64,000 nucleotides of DNA from Gammaproteobacteria bacterium (GTDB lineage: Bacteria; Pseudomonadota; Gammaproteobacteria; JAJFKO01). The notes below the pieces were generated by a model, which was not told where the DNA came from, ran no database searches, and saw nothing but the letters and a program-made list of their open reading frames with translations. Shown here in pieces: positions 52,626 through 63,626 of the stretch (its first letter is position 1; each line of letters opens with the position of its first letter). A program made the translations under genes and the position numbers. The stretch lies in the NCBI GenBank assembly GCA_021773175.1, contig JAJFKO010000043.1, forward strand, positions 87,757-151,756, written 5' to 3'.

Positions 52626-55600
52626 ATGCCGATAAAGAAAGTTGAAATAACAGAGTCCTTATTTGCTCATATCAATACTGATGCTTTTTTAGTCGGCTCG
52701 GTGGGGCTGGAAGGGCAAGTGTTTGAAAATACTATTAATTATTTAAAACAATATATTCGGCAACTTGAACAACAAGGTGCATTAACGCCCGATGTCGAGC
52801 ATTTGCTGACAGCTTGTGAGGGGTTGGTAGAACGAGAATCTCAATTAGGGCAATGCGCTTCAGCTGAAGACTTGTCTAGACTTGCTCATAAAATTTATGC
52901 TGATATCAGCAAACTTAGTGGGGAGCAATACCTGCTTATGCCGGGTGGCTGGGAATCAAGCACAGGTGGTCATGCTATGATTTATCAGTTTCGACTTGGT
53001 GACAATGGCGACCTACTATTTTGTATTAATAACTCAGGTGATGGCCTACAATACCATGAGAAATATTCGACTAAGGATAAAGAGTTATATAATCCTGTTC
53101 TAACGTATAAGATCCCTAAAGAGATGCTCACTCATCAGCGAGACTTTGTGCTCTTCATACAGCAGCTTCTTCAGGTAAATGCAAACGTACAAAGAAAAAC
53201 TAACGCTGATGCTGCGACTCTTTATCTTGGAATCTTTCCAAAATTAAGTCATCTCAAAGGCGTCATCATTGCAGATCGCTCTATTCCACTTAGGCATTGG
53301 TATACCGCAGGGCAATTATCAGGAACTTGTGCTCAACGTTCGATACACCAGATGCTAAAAGTAAGATTTAGTAGCTGGGATAAATATCGACGTTTTATTT
53401 ATGGTTTCAAAGTCTATGCTTTAGATGATTATATTGGTAAATTAAGATCGGATGGTGATGCTAATAATCCAAAATATCTGCAACATGTCATTAAGGCAAT
53501 TAAGCATAATCTACGCTTATTAAACTTAAAGTCGAACAGCGATCCTAGCAAAAGATTATTCAGTCAGAGTAAGGTTGCCGCAGAACGTGAAAAGCTATGT
53601 CGCTATAAAGCAGAGTTAGAAGGCAATGCAACAGACAACGCTGCGATTAAAAAAATGCAATTAGGTTCGCAAATACCACTAGATCATAGCATTGATATTG
53701 GCTTAAGCGTTAAAATTGATAATGCTGATGGTGCTAGTACTTGCGTAGAGATGACTATGCGAGAACCATTAACTATTTGTGGTGGTGAACGTTTTTTAAT
53801 TGAACTTTCGTTACTATTAGAAAGATGTAACGTTTTAAAAGAGGAACGCAATGATTTTGCTTTACTTCAACAGTTAGAATTGTTTTTTTTAACATTGCCA
53901 TTAGATACGTTAACGCAAGAAAATAAGGTAAACACATATTACGCTGCAGTCATATCTGAAGGTGGTGCGCTTGACTTCTTTTCAATATTGGCGCAACTGC
54001 AAAATTTATATTTTGACTGCATTGCTAGGCTCATTAATAAAGAATGCGTTTTACCGCGGATGTATCTAGTTAAACTCAGTATATTTGCAGTAACAGCATA
54101 TATTAATGGTCGCCTAAGCAAGCTTGATGCTTTTAAAAGCAAAGTAACTGAATATCTGGAGTGTATATTATGTGTGAATGAACGCAGTACTTTTCTCGCA
54201 ACTAATGAGCCGAATCTTGATGCACGCTTAGCCTTAATTAAAAGACTATACCCAGATTTTCATGGCAATAACCACGATAGTGAACATTTTCATTCTGCGC
54301 ATGTTAATGCTACATACGTGTTAAAATATTATCAGTCTCTGATACCTGAAGAGTTATTGTCAGATTTTGAGACGGCATATAAGGCAATATCTGAGAATTT
54401 AGCTCCTTGTTTGAAAATAATTTTAGATAGATTAAAGCTCGGAGGGATATATTACTTTCTGACTAACTTTCATTTGTATGAAGATGTTATGAAAAGTGAG
54501 GGTGAATACGCAGAGCTTGTCAGACGCTTCCAATTGCAATTTAAGATGGAAGCGGTTTATGTTAGTAATCTGAAACTTTTAGCAGGAGAGTCACGCTACG
54601 GATATAGAATTGGCGAAGACTCTAGACCATTTATACAAATTGAGGCATTTGAATTAAAGGGATCATCCAATATTTATTTGCGGATAGAGACATACTTCAA
54701 CTCTGTAGTAGAGATGATCAAGCAATCGAAAGGTTTACAACATGCTAAATATCCGATGAGCGTAGAGTGTGGCGCACGTTACGCTTTAACCTACAATATA
54801 AACAAAGGAACACTTCCTAGAACGGATAATAATACTCAACTCGTCGCTAGTTTGGCTGGTCTAAATCAGCATGTCATAGATGCCGCACAAATTGAAGCTC
54901 GCGAGCTATTTCATCTTAGGCGTGTTGCCGCAACTCAGATTGTACTTACTATTGAATACTTCAATGTGCATATAGAAAAGCTAAAGCGTGTTGATATGCA
55001 GCAATATATTGAAGCAAATCTCATGCAGCCGGAATTATTATTAGCAGCAATTAACGCAACATTATTAGAGCAATTTGATAAGTTTATCGAAAAAGGATTA
55101 ACGGTTACCAAAAGTAAAGGTAGCCTAAGCCAAAACTCTATTGTTTTTATTCGCCTAAATTGTTTGCTGTATGAGTATATTTATCTTGCTGATGTTAAGC
55201 AGTACCAGCTGCATTTGAATGCATTAATCGCCAGATTATTTCAACTGATTGAGATAACACAAGATGAGGATGTACAAACGAGTTTACATCATTATGGTTT
55301 GTCTTTATTAGTTACTAAGTCGAGATACAGCAAATTAAGTGAGGCTGAATTTGCACAAGCTTTCTTATCATTCTTTATTATAAATGCTAGAAGGAATCCA
55401 GATGAAACATTGAGTCTCGATAGTAAACTCAAGATGAGAGTCATGTTGCATAACTTTAAAACTATTGTTGAAGAATATTCTAAATATATAAATGTAGCAT
55501 TACTAACGATGGTTCTTCAACAAGCCAACTTGCATCTTGATCTAGCAAAAGCAAATATTGACGGGGGTTTTCCTGAGTACATAATAAAGCTAAACGATAG

Positions 55601-58600
55601 CAACCAAGTGTATCGCATCCATGTAACTAAAGGGCTGATATACTGCGGCGAACTTATATTAATTAATACGCCACTAAATATTATGAACCATCCTTATTTA
55701 CAACTAACTGGGTTTGCTAATGCTCGTTCGTGCTTTGTTTCTCAGTCAGGAAATAAATATTTAATTGAACGAGAAAATTTAACTTTACGCATTTCAGTAG
55801 ATAAATATAATCAGTATATTATAGAAAGAAAATTTCAAAAGAGCGATGCTGCTGAGTCTTGGTATAGTTTAAGACCTTTAACTCAAGCACAGAAATCTAT
55901 GTTTAGCTTGTCAGGCTATTCTTATCTAGAAGGCGACTTCTCAGTAATTTTAAAGGAGCGCGATAAATCTGCGTGGGTATCTGCGGATCATAATGAAATT
56001 ATTTTTACCAATAGAGTTGGAACAATTTGTTATCGAGCTCGTAAAAGTAACCTTATGTGGCGAATTACTACCTCGTGCCCAAAAGAGTATATTGCTACTC
56101 CTAAGACGGCGGCATTAACACTTTGCTCTAGTATAGAAGGCAGTAAGTTTGTTATTGTAAAGCAGCGCGCTGATAAAACAGAATTTCTGTTGGCGCGTTA
56201 TGGTTTATCTTTCATGCTGGCAGAAGACGGTCAATATCTGGAATTTGAGTATCAAGGCAAAATATTTAAACAAACGCATAGGCAGCTTAACTTTCGACAA
56301 GGTGTGGCTGCGCTTGAATTCTGTTCTGCTACTCAGCGACTTTGTGTGATTGCTGTGCAAGTTTTTTTGAACACAGGAAACCGCCAAGAAGATAGTGAGT
56401 ATTATCAGTTAGAACATGATCGCTCCGCTAAAGTTTGCCAACATCTTGTCACAACCGTCTTTAATATAGAACCTAACCAACAATTATGGCAATACAGTGG
56501 CACTGAACAAGCCTATATTATGAAAATAAAAGGCTCTCAGCCTATACCTGAAACACCTGCTCAGGCACTATATCTTTGTTATGTCTACTTAGCTAGTCGA
56601 CAACCTGAAAAGGCGTGGAAAATATTAGAGTATTGTGATAAATCACTTGGCGGGTTAACAGGGGCGTATGATGAGCTTCGTTATATAGCTTGGATTTGTA
56701 ACTGTATACCATATCTTATAAAAGAAGCTGATAGCAAAGCAACTGTTTCAACACCACCATATGTGTCTTGTAAACTAAAGGCAATAGCCTTGCTTACGCG
56801 TGCACGTCAACAAAGTATAAATTTTAATATTCCGGATGATGATTTTGAGCTGCAAAATGACAATTTACGTTTTAGACAAGCAGAGATTAGAGCAGTAATG
56901 CAGTTTTATGCTGAACTTTCTGCTGAAATTTACCAATTGTTTTCACGCTGGCAATTACTACACCGGGAGCTATATATTGGCTACGAACTAACTGATTTAG
57001 AAAAACGAAGTCTACTTAACTACTATTATGAAGGGGCACCGCGTGCCAAAGAAGGAAAGCCCGCACTAGGCGCTTTAGGCTATGCATGGGTACAGTTACA
57101 CATTTCAATATTAAATAAAGAGTATCTGCAGTTAGTAAGGCTAGAGGCACAACGAGCATTAAGTCAATATGAAAGCATGCGTAAGCAAGCAATTAATGCG
57201 TTTATAAACAGCTGTCCAACAATTAAGCGAACAACTTCAAATATAGAGTACGTAAGTATTGATCTCGAACTGCCAGAAGACGTTACAATAAATAAAAGTT
57301 TTTATACTAAACAAGAAAAGGAAAAAGCATTTCACTATCGTGACTTCCCGCTAAGGAATCTTGTTGCTGCTATTCCTAATCAACAAGTTGCGTTAGAAGT
57401 CTTACATTCAGACTGTAAAGAGGGGGAGTTTATCGATGCTTTTCCTAGTTTACTAACAGTTGCTCTAGATAATAATCATCCTGGCAGAGCAACATTAGTT
57501 GATTTTTGTAAAGCTGTATTGCTGGCGAGTAGACATGTTCCTCTTAAAAAACAGCATTCCAATATTCCACTGTTGTGTAATGTATTATATCGAGTTCTTT
57601 GTTCACCAGCACAAACGAAAATAAAGGTTGGTAGTAATATACGCAGCTACTCTTATTTGTTTACTCTTGCTAGAGAGCTAAAGACTACACCGATAGCTGT
57701 GCCGCAACTGGCGTCCACATTCAATGAGGTTCTTGCTACTTCTCAACAAATGTGGGATGAATTACCTCAGCTGCAACCAGTATCTGCCCCCACAATTACT
57801 GCTGATGAGACAGTTGCAATTGACAGCAATAAGTTATTATTTACTGCAAAAGAAAATCAACAATTTTTAGCTAAAGAATCGGCATGGAAAGCTTTGGAAT
57901 ACCAACATAGAACCGGTAAGTTACCAGGTGATACAAAAGAAAAGCTTAGTGAGCAAGATGCCGGGAAAAATAAGTTTACTGCATTATTAGCATTACAAGA
58001 TTTAGCAACAATAGAGTTTGAGGGTGAAGGTGTACGGGCTGATTTACTTAGTAGTACTGAGACACATTTGGCAGAAATTAAGGTTTCTCAACAACGCCTG
58101 TTAGCTCAAATACTAGACCTAGCAGGAGAAGGACCTGAAGACCCTGGTGAAAATCAACAATGGATGCTAGAGATAGATGCTGAGCAGCGTTCACCAGTTA
58201 TGCTAGACAAATTATTAGCGCTTTATTTGCATGAAAATATGCAGTTATATGCAGAACAAACAGGATTATCATCTGAAAAAATTAATAAACTACATGGTTT
58301 GCTTGCACAATATATAGCAGCAACACTGCGTCAACAACAATTATCTAGAATAAGCAACATTTTATTGTTGATTGCAAATGATGTGCAGAGTGAATCTCTG
58401 TTACATCAAGCTTGTTATAAACTAGCTCAAGCATTATATGCTGAAAATCTTGTTGATGTTACATGTGATACGGTACTGAGTATTTTTCAATATTATGAAG
58501 AAATTTTATTAAGGCCAAAGCAAATAGAATCAATTAAACGATTGCTTGAAACGGATGAGCGTGGCGAGTTTCTTAACTTAGTAATGAAAATTATCATGGG

Positions 58601-61600
58601 GGGAGGTAAGTCTAAAGTATTTCTGCCAATTGTTGCTCAAAAAATGGCGAGGGGCAATAATTTAGTCGTTATTGAGGTACCAAGAGCATTATTAAAAACT
58701 AACTATGTGGATTTAAAGGCTGTCAGCACAAAACTTTTTGCTCAAGCCCCTGTTCTTTTCGATTTTGAAAGATATACAGACTGTTCTCCTCAAGCACTGA
58801 GACAATACTTCAATAACCTTGTCAGTGTTATGGTAAATAAAAGCTATTTGGTTACAACGGGAAGAGCTGTGCCATCATTAGAGCTCAAATACTTTGAAGT
58901 TTTACTTTTAAAACCAAATAACGAAGAAGAGATTAAAGTTTGGGAAGAACAAGTTTATTGGTTAGATCAACTTGTTAATCTGTTTCAGAATAAAGCTGAC
59001 CTGGTCATTGATGAAGTGCATCAGGGCTTGTTACTAAAAAATAAACTCAACTATACACTAGGTGAACCCAAAACATTATCGAAAGCATTAATAGAACATA
59101 GTGTTAATTTGTATAGATTTTTATACTTGGTAAAGCTAGACAATATTAAAGGTTTGAAAAATTCCGGCTCGCTGACACTCGCAGATATTATAAAAAATAA
59201 AAAGCCTTTTAATAATGATGCTCAGTTTCAACAGGCATGTGAGTTATTAGCAAGACAACTAGTCGATAGCAAAGAGAGCCCATTGGCATTTCTATTTAAG
59301 GATTTATCTGAAGAAAAAGCATCACAAAAGAAAGCGGCTCTACTTCTATATCTTCAAAATGAAACCGATGTTATCCCTGGTTTTACAAAAAAACTTACTC
59401 AAAAGCAGCGCTTAATGCTGCAGCTATATAAGCTTGAAGTTAATAAATTACTTGCATTTACATTAAATAAAAAACATGGTGAAAATTATGGTCCGTCAAA
59501 GTCAACTAAACACAGTCCTGCTGTACGTGTTGTAGCAAAGCCTTATTTAGCTAATACCAAACCTAATGAATTTAGTGACTTTGGACATCCTATTGTTGCG
59601 ACGAATTACACTATTCAGTCATTACTAATCTCCGGGATTCCTACTGACTTGCTCAAAGTTTATGTTGAACAATTACAGGTTAGAGCTCGCGTTGAATTTA
59701 ACGATATATTTGGCAGCGTAACTGACAAAAGAGATGCATCCATTGATAATGTGCCAGTAGCACTATTCTTTGCAAAGTTGGTAGCTCCAGACAAAATTTT
59801 GTTGAGTGAAATTGATGTTAATGATGAAACGCAATTTGCAAGCATAGCTGCGAAACTTAAGTATAAGGAAGAGCTAATATTTCAAATATTAGAAGAACTT
59901 GTGCTGAAAAATATTCGTATAGACACGAAAATACTTCATGGTGATGCATATAATCATGTTGATACTGTACATAGTTGTCGTGGTGTTTCTGCAACTCTGG
60001 CAAATTATGAAACTTTTCATCAAAAATTGAACTACGATGAAGATAGTAGTATAGGTACGGATGCATATATTATTAATGGTATACGCGACAAACAACCAAA
60101 TCTTCAAGTATTAGATTTTACAGAGCTTGATGCTTTTATAGCTAAATGTTTTGAGCGTTATTCTGCAGCTGATCAAATAAGAGCAATTATCGATATTAAT
60201 GCGACATTTCTTGGTGTTAGTAATTTAATAGTTGCTCAAAAGATTGCGTCTTACATCGCTATGAATCCAACAAAGTTTAATCATCCTTGTAAAGTTGAAT
60301 ATGTTTTATTCTTTGATGACCAAGATAGATTAGCAGCGCTGAGTGTAGCTAAAGATGCTGGCGAACAAAAAGTTATTGTATTAAATACATCTGATCCTGA
60401 ACTGATTAATGAGCGTTTAGACTGTAAGCCTAATGCAAGATTTACCTTCTATGATCAGGCTCATACTATTGGTGCTGATATCAAGCAAACAGAGCAAGCT
60501 AAAGCAATTGTATTCATCGATCAAGAGACGCCGTTATCAAGTTTTACGCAAGGCGCTATGCGTATGCGTGATTTGCTAGAAGGTGGACAAAATATTGATA
60601 TATTTGTGCCAAGCCATTTAGAAGGCAATAGTTTTGATGAGCTAATAGAATTAATGCGTGATTTTGAACTTAAGACATTACAAGCGAATAATTTTGAGGC
60701 AGCAATTGCTAAGATGCATGCTGTTATTCGCTTACATCTTAAGCGTCTTATTCTAAAAGCAGATACTGTTAGTGAAAAGCATCGTCTCGGTAGAATATTT
60801 CAAGAAGTTTTTATTGATATAAAAACTGAGTCCGACTTTTTGTCGTGTAGCTTATCGAAACAGTCGGTAGCCACAAAAGACATTTTGACGCGGCTTGAGA
60901 TTCGCTTGTTTAGTCAATGGAATGCTCTGACTAAAGAAGCAGTAGGAACAGCTCCTAAAGATATTACAGCTAAAGTGCGTGATGATTTACATGAGGTTGT
61001 TGTTAACGCCTGCCTGCCCGGTGTTTGTGCAGAAGAGCAGCTTTGGCAACAACAAGATAAACAAGCGGATGTTGCTACTCTGGTTGAGGTGGAAGTACAA
61101 GTTGAAGTTGAAGTTAAAGAAGAAGTAGAAAAAGAGCTCTTTGATCCGGAGCTCAGGGAATTAAATTTTAAGCTTTATTCTTTAGCAGATTTTCTATCTC
61201 AGAAAAAAGTTTCATTAGCAACGCTCAAGAAAATTTGTACAAGTTGTGGAGCTGAAGATGTGCCTGATTTTTCAACAAATATATTAGCATCTCCTAACTT
61301 TTTTCAATGTTATAAGTGGCAGGAAAATCATTTAGGCTATTACGCAAAGCCTGTACACGCACTATTGTTTTTTCGCACAGCTCAAGGCTTGCAGTGTATC
61401 TTACTTAGTCAACAAGAATGTGACCGGCTTTTGCCAGAGGTTAATCAATATGATAAGGCTTGGATCAGCACAACTCAGCATCACTGTTTAGCTGGTAAGC
61501 CTGAAGAACACATTGAACTAGCTCAAGACTATCAATTGATTATAGAGCAGGTCCGGTTTTTTAATGGAGAATTATCTTTACTACTTGAGACAAGTAGTTC

Positions 61601-63626
61601 TTTATTGTGGCTTGCAGATGATACACAACAAAAAGTAGAATTTTTCCATAATAACTTACTTTGTAGTAGAGAGTGCCATGCTTCACAGCTGCAGCAGCTA
61701 CTTGTTGCTTTGCAAGGCTGTCAGCAAGTATTTGCGTTCATTGCGATGACTGCAGATATTGATAGAACAGATTTTGATTGGGAGGCTCAGTTTGAAGACT
61801 GTGAAGAAGAAGATATTGCAGAGTATAAAAGAGTTGCTGCAGCATTTTATCACGTATCACAAAATTGGTGGAATGAGGCGCAATCTATAGCTGATTTAAC
61901 TGCTGAATATAATCTCCCTTTACTCGCTAGAGGCCACTTCTCTAGACACGTACAGGCTGTTAACTGTGAGCCTACACATCAATCGTTAAGAGCTTGTGTG
62001 GTGGCAACAGAAAACTATTTAACATCGCGGGATAATTCTGACACAACAATAGATGGTGAGACAGATATCGTTAAAGGAATTTTGTTACGTTTATCTGATG
62101 CTGGTGATGCTACCGAGAACATGCCATGTTCAGACTCAAATACCATGAAAATGCTAAGTACTAATGGTTATATCTGGCCAAAAGAAGTTGAGCTTTTAAT
62201 ACCCATAGTGACTGCTGCTCACCCAAATATCAGTCTTCCTGAAGTTCGCTATCTAACTCAGTATTGTTTAGATGAACCTTTAGTTGTATTAGGGCTATTA
62301 TTAAATTCAAGTCTGTATGTCGATGCATATGCTTTAACTAAAGTAGCGGAGCACGATATCGATCGTCAGGCTTTAGTGAAACTATCGGCAAAGCTGCGAC
62401 TTCCTGAGTCAAGCTTTCTTGCTGTCTTAGTTAGAGCTGAGAGGTTAGAGATCCTGCAGGATATCCTGACTGTTTTAGTTACGACACATGATACAGTAAG
62501 GGCTACAATTATTGCTGAACTATGTCAGAGAACAAAAGAATCGAGCACATTACTATATTTTCTACGTCACGCTACGTATATTAAAGATGAAAATGTTCAG
62601 CGGGCTATTTTGCAAAACCCTTTTGTTGACGCTGACATGCTTGACTTACTAAGTGTTGTTTGTGATGAGAGCATTATGTTAGAAGTTCTTGCTCATGATT
62701 TTGTTTCACAACAAGCACTAGAAAATATTTTTTTAAGAGCTGAGCAGATTGATGTTATAAGTGCAATGGTGTCGAAGCGAGGCAGTTTATTTCTCAGTGA
62801 GGAGTTACAAAAAGACTATGTTGGCCGTGATTTTGTTGTAACTGAGGCATTATTAACATTAGCTAGAGTTACAACTTTTAGTTCAGTACTCGCTGCTTTA
62901 GCAGATTTTAATGGTATTGACAATATTCCTGAATTACAGAAAGCAATAATTCTAAATCTTCATACACACGCAGATACGGCACAGAGATTATTCAATAAAA
63001 TTGACTCATTAGTGGTAAATGATATTACTTTTAGTACCTATGAAGACGTATTGCTCATGATTACTAATAATATAACAGAGTGTGCTCAATTATCTTTAAT
63101 TTTAGCAAACGCTGAAGGTAAAATATCAAAAAAATTACAGATGGCGATTGCTCTACATGACTATGCATCTGAAGAAATATTATCTGGGCTACAAAACTTA
63201 GTTAATTTGGATGGTGATGTTCGATTAGTTATAGAACAAAAGTCACATGGGCAGATATTTGCTATTTTTTATCGAGAGCTAGAAGATGCTTTACAGCCTT
63301 TTATTACAGAAGAGAGTAAAAATTCAGTTGAAATTGGGGTGGCAGAAGAACTACGCCAAAATATTCTTGCTGCTCACCATATTTACTTTAGTGGTCAAAT
63401 CAATTTAGAAGCAATGCAAGTCTTTATTCGCAGCTGTGAAGCAGCTATTCATGGCGCTAAGACTAAATTATATCCAGAAAATCGTTGGAGAGTAGTCGAT
63501 AGCTTCAAAGAGAGGCTATTTGGAGACCCACGCAAGGCTATGCTCCTAGCTTTAGATTCATTCAGTGCGCAATTACAAAATTTCAGAGTAATTACTACTT
63601 GTCGGGAGCAGGCTGCTGCGGGCTAA
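52626..63626 (+). CDS. Giant DUF3638-like protein: putative Cys protease + SF2/DExH-type ATPase + LRV-like repeats
   Basis: GGW..GHAM / NSG / QLSGTC at the N-terminus; LRPKQ, MGGGKS, DEVH, FYDQAHTIGADIKQ, QGAMRMR and an EVEVQVEVEV tract. Confidence 0.8.
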   Translation: MPIKKVEITESLFAHINTDAFLVGSVGLEGQVFENTINYLKQYIRQLEQQGALTPDVEHLLTACEGLVERESQLGQCASAEDLSRLAHKIYADISKLSGEQYLLMPGGWESSTGGHAMIYQFRLGDNGDLLFCINNSGDGLQYHEKYSTKDKELYNPVLTYKIPKEMLTHQRDFVLFIQQLLQVNANVQRKTNADAATLYLGIFPKLSHLKGVIIADRSIPLRHWYTAGQLSGTCAQRSIHQMLKVRFSSWDKYRRFIYGFKVYALDDYIGKLRSDGDANNPKYLQHVIKAIKHNLRLLNLKSNSDPSKRLFSQSKVAAEREKLCRYKAELEGNATDNAAIKKMQLGSQIPLDHSIDIGLSVKIDNADGASTCVEMTMREPLTICGGERFLIELSLLLERCNVLKEERNDFALLQQLELFFLTLPLDTLTQENKVNTYYAAVISEGGALDFFSILAQLQNLYFDCIARLINKECVLPRMYLVKLSIFAVTAYINGRLSKLDAFKSKVTEYLECILCVNERSTFLATNEPNLDARLALIKRLYPDFHGNNHDSEHFHSAHVNATYVLKYYQSLIPEELLSDFETAYKAISENLAPCLKIILDRLKLGGIYYFLTNFHLYEDVMKSEGEYAELVRRFQLQFKMEAVYVSNLKLLAGESRYGYRIGEDSRPFIQIEAFELKGSSNIYLRIETYFNSVVEMIKQSKGLQHAKYPMSVECGARYALTYNINKGTLPRTDNNTQLVASLAGLNQHVIDAAQIEARELFHLRRVAATQIVLTIEYFNVHIEKLKRVDMQQYIEANLMQPELLLAAINATLLEQFDKFIEKGLTVTKSKGSLSQNSIVFIRLNCLLYEYIYLADVKQYQLHLNALIARLFQLIEITQDEDVQTSLHHYGLSLLVTKSRYSKLSEAEFAQAFLSFFIINARRNPDETLSLDSKLKMRVMLHNFKTIVEEYSKYINVALLTMVLQQANLHLDLAKANIDGGFPEYIIKLNDSNQVYRIHVTKGLIYCGELILINTPLNIMNHPYLQLTGFANARSCFVSQSGNKYLIERENLTLRISVDKYNQYIIERKFQKSDAAESWYSLRPLTQAQKSMFSLSGYSYLEGDFSVILKERDKSAWVSADHNEIIFTNRVGTICYRARKSNLMWRITTSCPKEYIATPKTAALTLCSSIEGSKFVIVKQRADKTEFLLARYGLSFMLAEDGQYLEFEYQGKIFKQTHRQLNFRQGVAALEFCSATQRLCVIAVQVFLNTGNRQEDSEYYQLEHDRSAKVCQHLVTTVFNIEPNQQLWQYSGTEQAYIMKIKGSQPIPETPAQALYLCYVYLASRQPEKAWKILEYCDKSLGGLTGAYDELRYIAWICNCIPYLIKEADSKATVSTPPYVSCKLKAIALLTRARQQSINFNIPDDDFELQNDNLRFRQAEIRAVMQFYAELSAEIYQLFSRWQLLHRELYIGYELTDLEKRSLLNYYYEGAPRAKEGKPALGALGYAWVQLHISILNKEYLQLVRLEAQRALSQYESMRKQAINAFINSCPTIKRTTSNIEYVSIDLELPEDVTINKSFYTKQEKEKAFHYRDFPLRNLVAAIPNQQVALEVLHSDCKEGEFIDAFPSLLTVALDNNHPGRATLVDFCKAVLLASRHVPLKKQHSNIPLLCNVLYRVLCSPAQTKIKVGSNIRSYSYLFTLARELKTTPIAVPQLASTFNEVLATSQQMWDELPQLQPVSAPTITADETVAIDSNKLLFTAKENQQFLAKESAWKALEYQHRTGKLPGDTKEKLSEQDAGKNKFTALLALQDLATIEFEGEGVRADLLSSTETHLAEIKVSQQRLLAQILDLAGEGPEDPGENQQWMLEIDAEQRSPVMLDKLLALYLHENMQLYAEQTGLSSEKINKLHGLLAQYIAATLRQQQLSRISNILLLIANDVQSESLLHQACYKLAQALYAENLVDVTCDTVLSIFQYYEEILLRPKQIESIKRLLETDERGEFLNLVMKIIMGGGKSKVFLPIVAQKMARGNNLVVIEVPRALLKTNYVDLKAVSTKLFAQAPVLFDFERYTDCSPQALRQYFNNLVSVMVNKSYLVTTGRAVPSLELKYFEVLLLKPNNEEEIKVWEEQVYWLDQLVNLFQNKADLVIDEVHQGLLLKNKLNYTLGEPKTLSKALIEHSVNLYRFLYLVKLDNIKGLKNSGSLTLADIIKNKKPFNNDAQFQQACELLARQLVDSKESPLAFLFKDLSEEKASQKKAALLLYLQNETDVIPGFTKKLTQKQRLMLQLYKLEVNKLLAFTLNKKHGENYGPSKSTKHSPAVRVVAKPYLANTKPNEFSDFGHPIVATNYTIQSLLISGIPTDLLKVYVEQLQVRARVEFNDIFGSVTDKRDASIDNVPVALFFAKLVAPDKILLSEIDVNDETQFASIAAKLKYKEELIFQILEELVLKNIRIDTKILHGDAYNHVDTVHSCRGVSATLANYETFHQKLNYDEDSSIGTDAYIINGIRDKQPNLQVLDFTELDAFIAKCFERYSAADQIRAIIDINATFLGVSNLIVAQKIASYIAMNPTKFNHPCKVEYVLFFDDQDRLAALSVAKDAGEQKVIVLNTSDPELINERLDCKPNARFTFYDQAHTIGADIKQTEQAKAIVFIDQETPLSSFTQGAMRMRDLLEGGQNIDIFVPSHLEGNSFDELIELMRDFELKTLQANNFEAAIAKMHAVIRLHLKRLILKADTVSEKHRLGRIFQEVFIDIKTESDFLSCSLSKQSVATKDILTRLEIRLFSQWNALTKEAVGTAPKDITAKVRDDLHEVVVNACLPGVCAEEQLWQQQDKQADVATLVEVEVQVEVEVKEEVEKELFDPELRELNFKLYSLADFLSQKKVSLATLKKICTSCGAEDVPDFSTNILASPNFFQCYKWQENHLGYYAKPVHALLFFRTAQGLQCILLSQQECDRLLPEVNQYDKAWISTTQHHCLAGKPEEHIELAQDYQLIIEQVRFFNGELSLLLETSSSLLWLADDTQQKVEFFHNNLLCSRECHASQLQQLLVALQGCQQVFAFIAMTADIDRTDFDWEAQFEDCEEEDIAEYKRVAAAFYHVSQNWWNEAQSIADLTAEYNLPLLARGHFSRHVQAVNCEPTHQSLRACVVATENYLTSRDNSDTTIDGETDIVKGILLRLSDAGDATENMPCSDSNTMKMLSTNGYIWPKEVELLIPIVTAAHPNISLPEVRYLTQYCLDEPLVVLGLLLNSSLYVDAYALTKVAEHDIDRQALVKLSAKLRLPESSFLAVLVRAERLEILQDILTVLVTTHDTVRATIIAELCQRTKESSTLLYFLRHATYIKDENVQRAILQNPFVDADMLDLLSVVCDESIMLEVLAHDFVSQQALENIFLRAEQIDVISAMVSKRGSLFLSEELQKDYVGRDFVVTEALLTLARVTTFSSVLAALADFNGIDNIPELQKAIILNLHTHADTAQRLFNKIDSLVVNDITFSTYEDVLLMITNNITECAQLSLILANAEGKISKKLQMAIALHDYASEEILSGLQNLVNLDGDVRLVIEQKSHGQIFAIFYRELEDALQPFITEESKNSVEIGVAEELRQNILAAHHIYFSGQINLEAMQVFIRSCEAAIHGAKTKLYPENRWRVVDSFKERLFGDPRKAMLLALDSFSAQLQNFRVITTCREQAAAG

